Origin: Octopus sinensis
Lineage: Eukaryota
Direction: 5' to 3'
Length of the DNA: 51,021 nt
Assembly: GCF_006345805.1 (NCBI RefSeq)
Contig: NW_021834412.1
Span: forward strand, 1 to 51,021
A program made the translations under genes and the position numbers. The notes beneath the pieces were generated by a model. It worked only from the letters and a program-made list of their open reading frames with translations, was not told where the DNA came from and ran no database searches. Positions 27,471-39,689 of the stretch are shown here, in pieces (the first letter of the stretch is position 1; every line of letters starts with the position of its first letter).

Positions 27471-27497
27471 AATGAATGATATAGCATAAAATCAATT

Positions 27498-27754
27498 TTA
27501 TTTATCATTTTTAGAGAGAATATCAGAAATTATGTCATCTACTATACTTGGGAGAGATGTACTGTTGTGGAATTGCTGATATAGTGAATTAGCAACCTGT
27601 AAAATAATTCACGTGCAAACTTACTACTCCTGCGTTGTGTGGATCAGTTTCCCTCCTTGGTTTATTAATAAACATTTTAATATCTAAAATATATTTGTAG
27701 GCAAAAACTGTTTAATCTCTCATCATTTTTATCTATAAAAAATCGACAATCCAT
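27498..27754 (-). CDS. Three-exon 67-aa protein of unknown function
   Basis: ATG is at 27754, with introns 27708-27684 (25 nt) and 27624-27597 (28 nt, gtaagt donor, ttttacag acceptor) and TAA at 27500-27498. The product is MDCRFFIDKNDERLNNIKMFINKPRRETDPHNAGVVANSLYQQFHNSTSLPSIVDDIISDILSKNDK. Confidence 0.65.
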
Positions 27755-27808
27755 TAAACACCACAAGACACGAGAAATTATATATTATTTTAAATTAACT
27801 CATTTTTA

Positions 27809-29141
27809 TTATAGATAATAGCACTCAATTTCAATTTTATCCACAACATATTGTGGCATACAGTAGATTGGATTGACCTTTTTGAGTCCCTCATCCTCCA
27901 AAAGTGCTAGACCTGCCAACCCGAATAATGTATGATAAGGATCAGGCTACAACTAGTCACAACACGACTCACAACATCCCCAGGAATGTCAGCAATGCCT
28001 CCTAGTTCTTCATCTTGAGAGGAAAGAATAAAATCACGGAGAGATCTCTACAAACCTTCATCCATCAGTCTACACCTTATCAATCCATTCCATTCGACCA
28101 ATTATACTCAGAGATGCCAATACCCACCAGGAATAACAAATATCCGGCATCTTCTCTGGCCTCCCTTGAATTAGTCAAAATCCCCCAACCATTCAGTCCC
28201 CCTGAAGGCAACTGTCGAGACTGCAGCCAGGAAGCCAATGAGCTTGTATCCACATGATGTAATCCCTTCAAAATGGCCAAAGTGGCTAAACAACAATAAA
28301 TCTAATTATGTTAATAAATTTATTACAATTAAAAAGTTATTTAAAAATAATTATTATTATAATATATAACCTGGCCTGAGTGTGACTCACTCCCGGGGAG
28401 AGATCCAAACCCTCCATCAAAGTTACGACAGGACAGGACGTAGTTTATAGTAGAAGACCTGTTGACCAGGTGTACCTTACCCTATATGTTTGTCAATATC
28501 AAAATGACAATCAATGAAAGAGAGGCAACTCCGCAAAATGTTAGTCTTGTATCAGCTTCTCCTAAAAATTATAATATTAAATATATAGTTAATATATATA
28601 ATTAAAAATAAAATGTATTATATTAGGTACTCATGTGGTGCCTACCCCATTCGTCCCCACTAAAGCTGCCATCCTCACATTGAAGACTAGATACATATGA
28701 AGCAATAGCTTCAATATCAAATAAATGAATTGAATCATATATAATTAATATCTATAATAACAAAACAGATAAACGACCTGTATTGCACTTAGAGTAGACA
28801 ACAAGTGTGCTTCGTGGTCAGGATAAGGAGAGAATCCTCCCGATTTTTGAAAGCACGTGGTTATAAATTTGATTATTTCATTGCGAGGAATCGTTTCTAA
28901 TTTGTCCATGAGATCAAGAGCAGTTAAAGACCAATAAATTCCATTCATTCTAATAGATTGAGAGACATTATATTCCTAAAGGTATTTGTTGCAATGTGTT
29001 TACAGAATAATCGGTATCTCTTCCATATTCTGCTATGAAGTTTGTGTGTTTTTCGTAAAGAATTCTTTCGGGAATTTTATTTGGGAGTTTAATGTCTTTT
29101 CTTTCAAAAGCCTTAATCTTTTAATTGCAACAAAAAACCAT
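27809..29141 (-). CDS. RABGGTB: Rab geranylgeranyltransferase (GGTase-II) beta subunit, 9 introns
   Basis: It reads [84 protein letters not shown] and NPIYCMP. The first coding exon is ATG only. Confidence 0.95.
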
Positions 29142-29359
29142 TTTGAATATATTTAAATTTTATATATGAATTTAAAAATATTATTAATAAATAAAATGTT
29201 TAAAATTTTATTAGATATAAAAAATTTTAATCTTGATGGGATTAATCTAATATTTCGTCAAAAATAATTTTAATTAAGTTATGGTTAATTTGTGTTATCG
29301 TAATTTGATTTATTTTGTTACATCAACCTCCTTTTATTAAGGCTTACGTTCACTGCACG

Positions 29360-30190
29360 GATGGCCATATCGATGTCGACGCACGGTCTAGATTCCGAGG
29401 ACCCCCAAATATTGTTATCATTCAGCCCATCGGGAGCAAGCTTTCATTGAAAAAGACTTTAGATTTGTCGCATATTTTTCAGCGTTTCTTTTCAGCCCAG
29501 CTAGGGCAAAGAACGATTCAATTTTTTACCATCAATTTCACTATGATGCAAAAAAAGCTTTATATCGTCCATAAATAGGAGGTGGTTAGTGGGATATGCG
29601 GGTTCTCTCCTGCCCGAGTTTCTTAAAATCACTTTCGGGAATTTTCCGTTAAGTATTTGGTTCAGAAGGTCCATTAACAACTCAAAAATCAGAGGTGAGA
29701 AAGAATCTCCTTACGAAATACCTTTATTGATTTAACCTCTCATAATTTTCTGTATACCAGATTTAACTAATTTTCCATTTTGTGATAAGTTTCTGGATAA
29801 ACACTACCATCCAACACGGGAGGCCAGGGTTTTGCAAGATTAAGAATTCGTAGTCTACCAAGTGAGTCAAATGCTTTCCTCACATCAATCCACATAATTA
29901 CTTATTATCATTTTGCTGGTTTATAAACTAATTGAGATTGCCTGGTTTTTTTTCCTGACACATTCTTCGTGTCTCAAATTGATTGTTACGGATGAAATTT
30001 TGTTGTAAGGGAAGTCGGAGAAAGTGACATTATGTGGACGGAAAGTATACAAGACAGTTGCTCAGGAAATCGAGTTCTTCAGGGGTGCGTCTGGTTTGCT
30101 GTTAAGAGTTCAGGTTAATCTGCTATGGAGTCAGTCCGATCAATTAATAGGTCGGTCATCTGCGATCGTCTTCGGAACCAGATAGGATTA
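29360..30190 (-). mobile_element. Mixed RT remnants (R4-like at about 29700-30010, other LINE pieces either side)
   Basis: WIDVRKAFDS is at about 29865-29895; degenerate RT-like motifs lie around it. Confidence 0.45.
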
Positions 30191-30539
30191 ATTTCTTTTG
30201 GAATATTTAAATTTATTAATCTAATTTTTTATTAAGTATTTTAATCAATAAGTTATGCTTACAATTTCCTGGCTTAAGTACTAAATTTAGAAATTTTTTA
30301 CAAATCGCTAATTTCCAAATTAGGCTTTATACTTTACTATAAAAGAAAATGGTTTTCATTTTGTATATAACGATGTTATTTGATAAATAGCATTATTAGT
30401 TTCGACATTTTGTAATTTCGAAATTATTAATTTGTATTGTTTCCTTTCATATTTATTCAAATGTTCTATCGTTCTCTATTTTGATATTATTTTATTTTCA
30501 CTTTTTTTTAATTTTTAATATTTATTATAAATTTCTTTT

Positions 30540-32677
30540 TTTAATTTTCTGATCTTCACAACATTTGAAAAGTACGGAATGCAACATCTTCGATTTAATA
30601 ATCTTCATTAGATTCTTTTGTTGATTCTCCTTGATTATGTTTATATTCAATTCTGAAGGATCTTCAATATTGTATTTGAAGGTAAGAAATCTTTGCGATA
30701 GTGGCCATATGTGTTTTCTTTATTTTAAGACCCGCAAGATTCCAGACTTTCTGAGACACATTGTAGACTTTCTTTCAAGATCAGTCAAAAATTGGTATAA
30801 CATGCATTCACTTTTATGGACAATTGAATTAAGTCCTCTAACAAAGTTAGATCTGCTTATATATAATCTTTCCTTATTTGCAGGTTTCAGATGAACATGT
30901 AAATTAGATAGAATCCTTCGAACTTCGGTATCAATGGCTTGAAACTCGTGTTGCTCAATGTCAATTAGTCCAATATAGTAATTGTAAAGTGATAGAAAAT
31001 ATTCATTAATCGCCTTGAATAGATTCACTGCATTTAGCTTCGTGTTCACTAAGCTTTCAATTCTCTTATTTACATTTTCTGCAATTTTTTTCATAACTTC
31101 ATGCTTCAATACATTGCTTCCTTTATCCTCCAGGACTCCCAGATATTGATATCGATCATATCCGTCAAGGTTTCTAGTTTCTTTAACATAATTCAGATTG
31201 GTTGCAGATTTTTCAGAATTCCTCCTGAGACCAACAACACTGAAGTATTCATCAATACTATCCATCATCTTCAAGATCGTATCTTCTTTCTCAGCAAGTA
31301 CTTTCAAATCATCAATAAATAGCAGATGATTAGTTGAGTATGTTATTTGAGACGGGTCATTTTGTCAATACAGATTTTAGGAAACTTCTGATTTAGTATT
31401 CTGCTCAACGGGTCCATTACCAGCGTAAAAAGTTGGGGAGATAGTGAATCTCCTATCTTCTCCCAAATGACAAACATTCACCTTCCGCAACGTATATTTA
31501 TTATCTTCTCTAGCATTCAGGTTTCGGTAAAACCTCCTTCTGTTGAGTTCAAAACAAAAATTATCTCTTCTAAATGATTTTCGTGACTCATAAATTGAAA
31601 TCCTTTTTTCCATGATTTTTATTCTATCTTCAATTAACGTACATATTCTGGTGATTTCTCCCTTTCTCGACTTCGTATATCCAAAGGAGCACATAAAGTC
31701 CAAGGCCGTATCCTTTTCACTTTTGGATTTCAGACTGGAGAAATTAGCAATAAAAGTAAGGTTCTCTTTGAATTTAGTAATTCTTTTCTCAATATTTTCC
31801 CTCCAAGAGCTTCTTATTTTATTTTTAAGAACCAAATTTTCGTATGCACATTGTCCTGCATAAATAATATCCGTGATTTCATTTATATTCTTTGGAGACA
31901 AGTCAATACATAATTTAAAATCACTGCATCCAAAGTAACCAGAATATCTTTCTTAACCAATTTATATGGAATCTTCTTATTAGGTTTTCTCGAATCCCTC
32001 GATATTGATACAACTCTCTTAATTTGGAAATTAAATTCTTCTTTACATTTTCCATATAAAGAAATTTCTGTTTTTGACAGTGAATTTCCGTTTTCTGTTA
32101 CACCCACATCATTTTGATTACCACAAGTCTCATTATGGGGTTTCACTTTCAATAATTTTTTAACATCGGAGATACTTTTCTGAACAGGAAAACGGGTGTT
32201 GAAATTATGTACAATGAGATTCCATCCACCACGAGGGATTCTTCCAAATCTCCGCTTAGCCGAATCAACAACAGAAGATATCCACTCCAATTTGTCGTTA
32301 GAATGTGTTTCAGTTATCAATGATTTAAGGGGGAGCAAATGCGTTTGTGAAGGTTCAATATAAGGATCATTGCAAGTTTCAGGCGTTCCATGCAGCCCTG
32401 AAGACACGTTTCCAACTTCTGATTGATTATTATTATTTGTATTTTGCGTAGGAAGGCCCTCAGGATTTGTTTGCAGACTGGTGAAAACAGACATACACGT
32501 TTTATTATTATTATTTAAGCCAAACAAAATCACCGTCTTAATCATTAACTAACACGTTCAGGTGATTCCGACACTTCTCAACAGTCGAGCCATCTTTTCC
32601 CGATGTTCCGACCGTGACCCCACACACTTTCTGTATGTACGGTGAATGGTTTGTGGTCCATTTCCACGATCTCCCCC
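30540..32677 (-). mobile_element. R4/Dong-like retrotransposon 5' portion (5' UTR, N-terminal ORF, internally deleted RT)
   Basis: ORFs 31883..32545, 31377..31901 and 30720..31307 belong to one element. It reads IIYAGQ, FELNRRRFYRNL, NHLLFIDDLK, YQYLGVLE and ERLYISR...RGL. The GC-rich 5' UTR starts ggggagatcg at about 32677. Confidence 0.85.
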
Positions 32678-33690
32678 ATTTCACTATATTTAAAACACAC
32701 TAGAAGTTAAAATATATCTTTTATTTTCACTATATTTAAACCATTTTTATTTTTGTCTCTAAATTTTTATATTTAGAATCTGGCGTTCCTTTAACATTTA
32801 TTATTTATTTTAATTAAAATCCAAATCAAGATATAAATTAATTAAACTTCTTCTAGTCGCTCCATCCTCTATTTGCAAAGTGATTCAGATAGGCAAGCCC
32901 GCCTCTTTCCCTTCGAGGTACTGACAGGCAGGGGCGATGTTAAAGACATACTAATTTGGTGATAAATTTCTCTTATTCGCTTGTCCAGTTTGAACGTTCT
33001 TTCCCATGGTTCAACCCTGTTTCTAAAAGAAACAATCATGCTCTTAAGGGTCTTCTTTATAGTGAGCGATTGAATGTATGCGTGCGTTCTCTCACTGATG
33101 TTAAGCGAACGTGCATATTTCAGGAATTTTTGAGTAACCAGCCCATCCCATGTTAATACAATGGGTACTATCTTCACTTTCGCATGATATATTAATTCCA
33201 GCTCTTTGGATAGGAAGTCATATTTCCTTATTTTTTCGATCTCCACTTGCTGTAAGTTTTGGGAAGATGTGATCACAACTTTCACAAACAAAATTTGATT
33301 CCTTATCTTGTCGAAAACAAACAAATCGGGTTTGTTATGTTCGACGACGATGTCGGTCTTTATAAATGTGTTCACTCTAATTTCAACCTTTGCATTCGAC
33401 GATACAGATTCTACGGAGTGTGTTTTAAGGTTTTTATCATTCTTGAGTTCGAACTCTCGACAAAAATGAAAGTGGATGCATCTCACCACTTCATCGTGCC
33501 TCCTGACATAATCCCCATGTAACATCTTCTTACATCTGGTGGCACAGTGATCGACGGTCTTCTTCCATCTCATGCAGTAAGAACACATTAAGTTATGTTC
33601 TGTAAAGAATTTCACTATATTTAAACCATTTTTATTTTTGTCTCTGGATTTTTCTATTTGGAATCCGGCGTTCCTTTTAATTTATTTATT
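32678..33690. repeat. Three copies of the 16-mer tttcactatatttaaa (32679-32694, 32725-32740, 33610-33625); two extend into an imperfect direct repeat of about 80 bp
   Basis: Direct comparison of 32725-32810 with 33610-33690. Confidence 0.9.
32815..33609 (-). mobile_element. 5'-truncated R4/Dong-like element (CCHC plus REL endonuclease, open ORF)
   Basis: ORF 32869..33615 reads CSYC..TVDHCATRC...DYVRRHDEVVRCIH...HNKPDLFVFD...EKIRKYD...PIVLTWDG. Confidence 0.9.
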
Positions 33691-33719
33691 TCAAAAATAT
33701 AGATACTGAATAAATTACA

Positions 33720-34640
33720 CATACAAATGCTTCCCAATCACTCATAGATTGTATTTTGGATTCTCTGTTTCCAATTCGATTTGATTGAAATTCGTTGATA
33801 TACACATTGCGCGAAATATATCAGAATTGAAATATCTTCAATACCTGTAGGTAGATTCTTTGATTCAATCAATGTTTTATTTGTCATTTCAATTATTTCG
33901 TGATTTACATGTTATATTTTTTTGTTTGTGGCCTTGCATTGATTGGTTTAGATTTATTTTCAACATCTTGATTTAATAATTCTTCAGACACCTTGTTGGT
34001 GCCAAATAAGGAGATTTATCTTTTATTTTTTTTATTTTTGGTAATTTCACTTTTATTTTCAAAATATTTCATAACAGAATGAAAAGTTCATTTTCTAAAT
34101 AACAAAGATGGTTTTTGAAGAATTTTGACATTATTCCGTGCCAGATCATAACGACAGGGACGATCTTTACTTTCGCCGGTGGATCGCTCCCAGTTCATTC
34201 GCCAGCAAGTCCTATTTGTGTAACTTTTTCACTTCAACCTACTTGAAACAATTTTATGAAGTGATTCCCACCTCGACAAGAGTAATTTTGTTGCTCGATT
34301 TGTCATGAACAAATATGTCTGGCTTGTTATTCGGGGTGAACAATTATAAAGCATCAATTCCAAAAAATGAATTTTAATTGATTGGATGATTCGCCGTGGT
34401 AGTTCGGACACATGTTCTCCAGTTTTTTAATTACAATCGTCTGAACATAAGCACGTGTTGAATCCTGGATTTGTAGGGAGTTTTTGGTAGTGCTTGTAAA
34501 ATTTGTACAAAACATCAACTCCAAAAAATGAATACAAATATTTCCCGTCTAATTTTTTGTCTAATTTAAACATTAACCTAAAAAAGCGACACTGGTTTGC
34601 CGATTTTGTACGATTAACAAGTCTGACTCAAAATTATTAA
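33720..34640 (-). mobile_element. Further R4/Dong-like remnants (REL piece about 34130-34640; N-terminal piece about 33720-34070)
   Basis: One piece reads NNKPDIFVHDKSSNKITLVEVGITS...DLLANELG; the other reads IEDISILIYFAQCVY..SNWKQRI. Confidence 0.65.
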
Positions 34641-34689
34641 TAAAAATCTTATTTTTTAATTTAGTTTTTAGTACTTTAAGATTATTTTG

Positions 34690-37100
34690 ATGTCTTTAGA
34701 TTTATGCGATACTGTTGTAACGTCTGCGAAAGATAACGAAAGAGAAATCACCAATAACGTAGACTGTATGGTCCATGACCAGCTTGGAGCGCAAAAATCT
34801 GGTACCCATTCTCCCAGTCTGGTGTCACACCCGGATTGCCCTACTAATCTGTTATCGTTACGGGTTATCATCGATCAAGTAACGCAGATGGACATGGCCA
34901 AGTGGGCGAATGAAGTGGTTAATGTTCCTGAAAGTCAAAAAGACGAAAACTTGGAATGATATATCCTTGCATTGGAGACGAAATAAAAATTGTCGAAAAA
35001 AACTACGTCTCAGTGAAGCAAGAATAGGATTTAGTAAACAATTTGGTCCTTTGAACTTAACCGGTGGCGTTTCTATCGAACATTAAATGATGGAAAAACG
35101 TCTGCAGAGTTCATGTTTAACGAGAGCGAATGTTTTTTCTATTGGAAAAAAATATGGAGTAAACATGAGAGGGATGGCAGTACAGTGCCGATTACCAAGA
35201 GAGTCACTGGAACAGAGAACAAATTTGCAGATTTTAGCAAAGAAACAATTCTTGAAGTGATTAAACAACTCCCAAACTGGACTAGTGGATGCGACGTGGT
35301 GTGCAACTTCTTTCTAAAAAAGTGGTTCTACACCGGAATCACGCATCTAATCCCGAAGAAAGATATTTGCCAAGGCCCGGAAGACCTGAGACCAATTTTG
35401 TGCATGCCTAACTTGTATAAGTTCGCACGAAATGTGTTAACGGAAAGTTGGGGGATTATTTTGAAGCATATAAGTTGATTGCCTATAATCAGCTGGGAAC
35501 TTGACCAATGTGCTAGGGTGCTAAGGAGCAGGCAATAATTAATCAGTGCATTTACAAGCACAAGGAAATAACTTGTTTTCTACCTGGATTGATGTGAAGA
35601 AAGCATTCGATTCGGTCGATCACGACTTTCTGTATCAAATTTTCGAAAATTCTGAACTCATTCCCTGGATTGTAAATTTCGTGAAGATTTTGTTAAGAAA
35701 TGGAGAATTAAATTAACGTTGAACCATCACGTAATCGGAGAGGAAAAATAGAATTCTGAATGCAAGGTACCCAAAATTTATGATGGATAAACAAGACCAC
35801 TGTTTTGTTACATACACAACAAACCGCTTAATTTTCATAGATGACCTAAAAATATTTTCACGGAAAGAAGATACAATGATGAGTATGAGGTAAATAATTT
35901 CTTGGAGCCGACGGACGGAAAAAATGTCGAAAAGTCCGCAGCTAACATGGCTGACCTTCGGTCGGAGGCTAAATTGGTTGATGGGATTGATGGTTACAGA
36001 TACCTTGGAGTTCTAGAAGATCGAAGTGCAATATTGAAAAGCAAAGTACTGAACACACTCTTTGAAGAATTAAAAAAGAAGATCGATAATCTTTCGAAGA
36101 CAAAATTAAACTCTTGCAACTTATTTAAAGCCATAAATGAACACGCATTATCCCTCTAAAACTACTACATTGAACTCGTCAATATTGAGCTAACCGAATT
36201 TGAACAGATTGAAAAAAATGTGCGTAATATCCTTGTACAGCACCGAATTCACCTAAAGCCTGAAAACAAAGAAAGGCTTTACCTTCCAAGAGGCCAACTA
36301 GGGGGACGACTCGTATCAAACCTTCACAAAAGTAATCATAGTTTTCCAATTCCTCCGTGATCTTGAGAAAAAGTCTCGTTACTGCCTAAGTAAAGATGGG
36401 ATTCTGTGGGTCATTCATACAAAGGAAACACATTTGGCCACAATTGCTGAATACCTCAAAAACAAATACAACATCCAAAAACTGGGGACTTTGATTTGAA
36501 CATGCTGAGAGAAGTGGAGAAGAACCGCTTGATTGAGCAAATAAGAAAAAAACCATTACATGCAATTCTATTCGAGTATTTAAATGATCCCAACGTCGAT
36601 TTTGGTCAGTCCTCCCATTGGTTATCTCATGGAAATAACTCCCCGTGAACCGAGGAGCTTCTGTGTCTAATACAGGACCGTAATCTATTTTCGACAATCT
36701 GGAGCATTGTGCAGTCACTGTAACTCAGCCACGAACTCAGGCAGGAAGATAGTTGACACCTAGCGATGAAGTGTGGTTAGAATGCTAAATAGTGACTACT
36801 TAAAAGACACAACAAAGTAGTAAGTGTATAAATCTGCACTTATGCACGAAGTATGGAATTTAGAAATCCAGGAGGTTGAAAACTCGTTCTGTTGAGTTAG
36901 TGATTGTGAATAACTCTGTGGAGATTTGTGTTGAAACGACAATAAGCATGGATCTGAGGGTCGAGAACAACAAGCCGGACATCTTTGGAACACAATCACA
37001 CTTATTGAGATTGGGGTCATCTCCCCAAAAAACCTAAAGTAATTTAAGGCGGAAAACCTCCATAAATACAATTTGCTTGTCAGTGAACTGGGCAAACTTT
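34690..37100 (+). mobile_element. Decayed near-full-length R4/Dong-like element
   Basis: It reads WFYTGITHLIPK..DLRPILCMPNLYK, WIDVKKAFDSVDH, FIDDLK, YRYLGVLED, KERLYLPR and NNKPDI..IEIGV. Confidence 0.85.
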
Positions 37101-37319
37101 TAAAAAAGTAGAAAACTTAAAGATTTTACATGAAATTATTACGGCCCGTATAACACCTTTTTTAAATTGGAAGTAGTACTTATTGCATAGATCCTCTATT
37201 TTATTCGAATTTCCTAGGATAGCCAGTTAATTTTGCAAATCCGTTGCTTTCTGATTTAAATAATTTCTTGAATTCAAAAAAAGAAAGTTAGAAAGTCAAA
37301 ATGAACGTGTTGATCGATT

Positions 37320-37670
37320 CAGGCTTTCCTGTACTTGGGGGGTCAGTCCGACGACGACAAACTGCAGATCGAGAGCCAGTTCTCGCTTTGAATAGAGACC
37401 GAGACGCGCTGGAAGAGCTAGTTCGCTCCCTTCCGCGTATTCAAGGCGATTTTTTCGCCTAGCATTCGGAACAATTTCTCGGCCTTCTTACCGATTACGC
37501 TAGTGGTCTCGAAGCAAAGAGTACGAACTCGTGTGTCAGAAAGGAGTACGTATTTCGACCTTTTCCTCTCCTCTGCAAGCGTATCCTGGATAACATGCTG
37601 TCCAAAGCAAAAGCGTCTTGGAAAAAGAATCTACATAGGTTACGTCCCAAAGGAGTGACTTACCTCCCCT
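37320..37670 (-). mobile_element. CRE-clade 3' fragment
   Basis: It reads SLLWDVTYVDSF...EERKRSKY...FETTSVIG...FQRVSVSIQ. Confidence 0.65.
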
Positions 37671-38498
37671 GAAAGAGATTTCTTAAATTTTGGCAATTAA
37701 TTCTGCTGCTTTTACAGAATCTGCAATTCGTCTTCTATTTTTGTGTACTTACCTGGTACTCTGATCGTTTCATGGTACCTTCTACTGTCCTTCAGAGCGT
37801 TCATTTCCTGGATCTGTATTCCAGTCTTGCTCCTTGACATAGAGGAAACACATTTTTTTGATTTTATTTGATATTTGTTTTTTCAAAGACGAAATTTAAA
37901 TATTGTAGTCAAATAGATCTTTGTTTCTTCACAGGGACTGATATCTCAGTTGTTGGTGATTTGCTGACAATCCAAAATTCGAATGGCACTAGCCTAATTA
38001 TTTATTCTAATAATTCCTTGTTCCATTTTCTTATCTCTAACTCACTTGGCTGAAGGTTCCACGCATCAACAATGCTAAAAAGATTGACAAGTCCCGCCGT
38101 CATCAGTGTACATTCAGTTGGACCAAAAGAACACAAGAAAAAAACAAGTAATTGTTGTTTTATAAGATAATAAAATCACACTAGTTTTACAGAATTTCAA
38201 ACATATTTATGATTATGTGTCTTATTGCCTAAAACCTATACTTCATTGTTTTTTAAAAGTAATTTTTAATCACAATATTTGCCGGACTTATGAATCTATT
38301 TGTAGAATGTGACGAACCAATCTCCATTTTGCTACTTGAATCTCGGCTTGCAGTAAGTTGAATCTATTTGTACAGTTTAATATTAGATTTTATTTTGAGT
38401 AGTTATGCGGTCTCTTAGTTGGCTCCAATGCTATTACTTAAGAAATTGTTTTTAAAATTTTATAAGAAATTATCCAAATAAATCAAAATTATAGTTAA

Positions 38499-38807
38499 TT
38501 AATTAGTGTCTCTGTTTGTAGATAGATTTATATAAAAATCAATTTTCTCCGTCAACAATTGATCCAACTGTTCAACTCTGTTTCTTACACCACTGTCATT
38601 TAGTATATGCTCCTCTTCGTTTGCCAAATATTCGTTCAAACAGTGGTCAATATCCTGAAGCCGGTGAAGAATATTATAAATTTCATTTTCAAAAAATTCA
38701 TTATTCTCCAAATCTTCTATTTCTTGTCGAAGTCTATCCAAAAAATTATTATTCTCAAAAAATTTATTATCATTGTTGTTATTTTCGTTTTGCAACCTTC
38801 TCACCAT
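38499..38807 (-). CDS. Intronless 102-aa acidic, Asn-rich orphan ORF
   Basis: The ATG-to-TAA ORF is uninterrupted in about 80% AT DNA, with aaaATG context. A TATAAATA box lies about 25-30 nt upstream (about 38831-38838). Confidence 0.5.
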   Translation of the reverse strand: MVRRLQNENNNNDNKFFENNNFLDRLRQEIEDLENNEFFENEIYNILHRLQDIDHCLNEYLANEEEHILNDSGVRNRVEQLDQLLTEKIDFYINLSTNRDTN

Positions 38808-39689
38808 TTTGCCGCTAACTCATTATTTGCTATTTATAAAAATAATATATAGCGGAGAATATGACTATTTTTTATTAACTAAAATTTGTCATTGAATTTA
38901 AAAATATTATGAATCATTTGTTTTCAAAATTATTATGACTCATCGTGTATAAATTTCTTTTATAATTTTAATTATAGTTAAATTAATAATGAAAATAATT
39001 AGTTAAATGGAATTTTTAACTTTTACGTCTTCTTTATGTAATTTGTATTTTCCATTCAAAATATTCGAAATAGTCGAAAATCAGAACAGTCTTCTGAACA
39101 TTTTTTTAATGTTTCTTGCCTGAATAATTAAATAAATTAGAAATAATTATCAAAATTAAAAAATTTAACAAATATATATTGTAGATTAACTAAAAATACG
39201 ATTCTACTAAAACTTTTCTTCAAATACTAAATATTAGATTATCATATTTTCCTAAAAACAAAAGTACTTTGCAAAAAATTGGGAATCAGGTACTTGGGAT
39301 TAATGTAATTTAAATAGTTTATTTAATACAAACAGCATGAATTTATATTTTTAGTGAATCCTTTATTATATCATTCATTAAAATAATTAATTTAACTTAT
39401 CTGATTACTTAAATCAACAATTGTTTTAATGAAATTGACTACATACAAAAGTAAAAATAGAACTAACTTAAGGCGTTAATTTACGATCTTTTCTGAGTAT
39501 ATAAACGATTCTACGCAAAATACACAAATCAAAGTAAGTAGCTGGCATTTAGTAATCTTAACTTGAAGTCTAAGGATTAGATAAATATAAAAACACTTTA
39601 TACTTTTGAATAGTATAATGTTACTTTTTCACTTTAAAAAATAAGCATGCTCTTTGATAAATATATTTATAACATATTGTAGTAACTCA

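Noticed and set aside
32678-33690. Spaced 16-mers as a CRISPR-like array or a spliced-leader exon (GGTTTAAATATAGTG...)
   Set aside because: There are only three copies with irregular spacing (30 bp and about 870 bp) and no cas genes. No GT donor or Sm site follows as an SL RNA would need.
37745-37760. acttacctgg resembling the 5' end of U1 snRNA
   Set aside because: No U1 stem-loops or Sm site follow; it lies inside the minus-strand RTE-like remnant at about 37690-38060.
38290-38402. MNLFVECDEPISILLL resembling TFIIH p8/TFB5, followed by a 23-nt intron-like segment
   Set aside because: The frame ends after about 29 codons and the similarity is too short to support.
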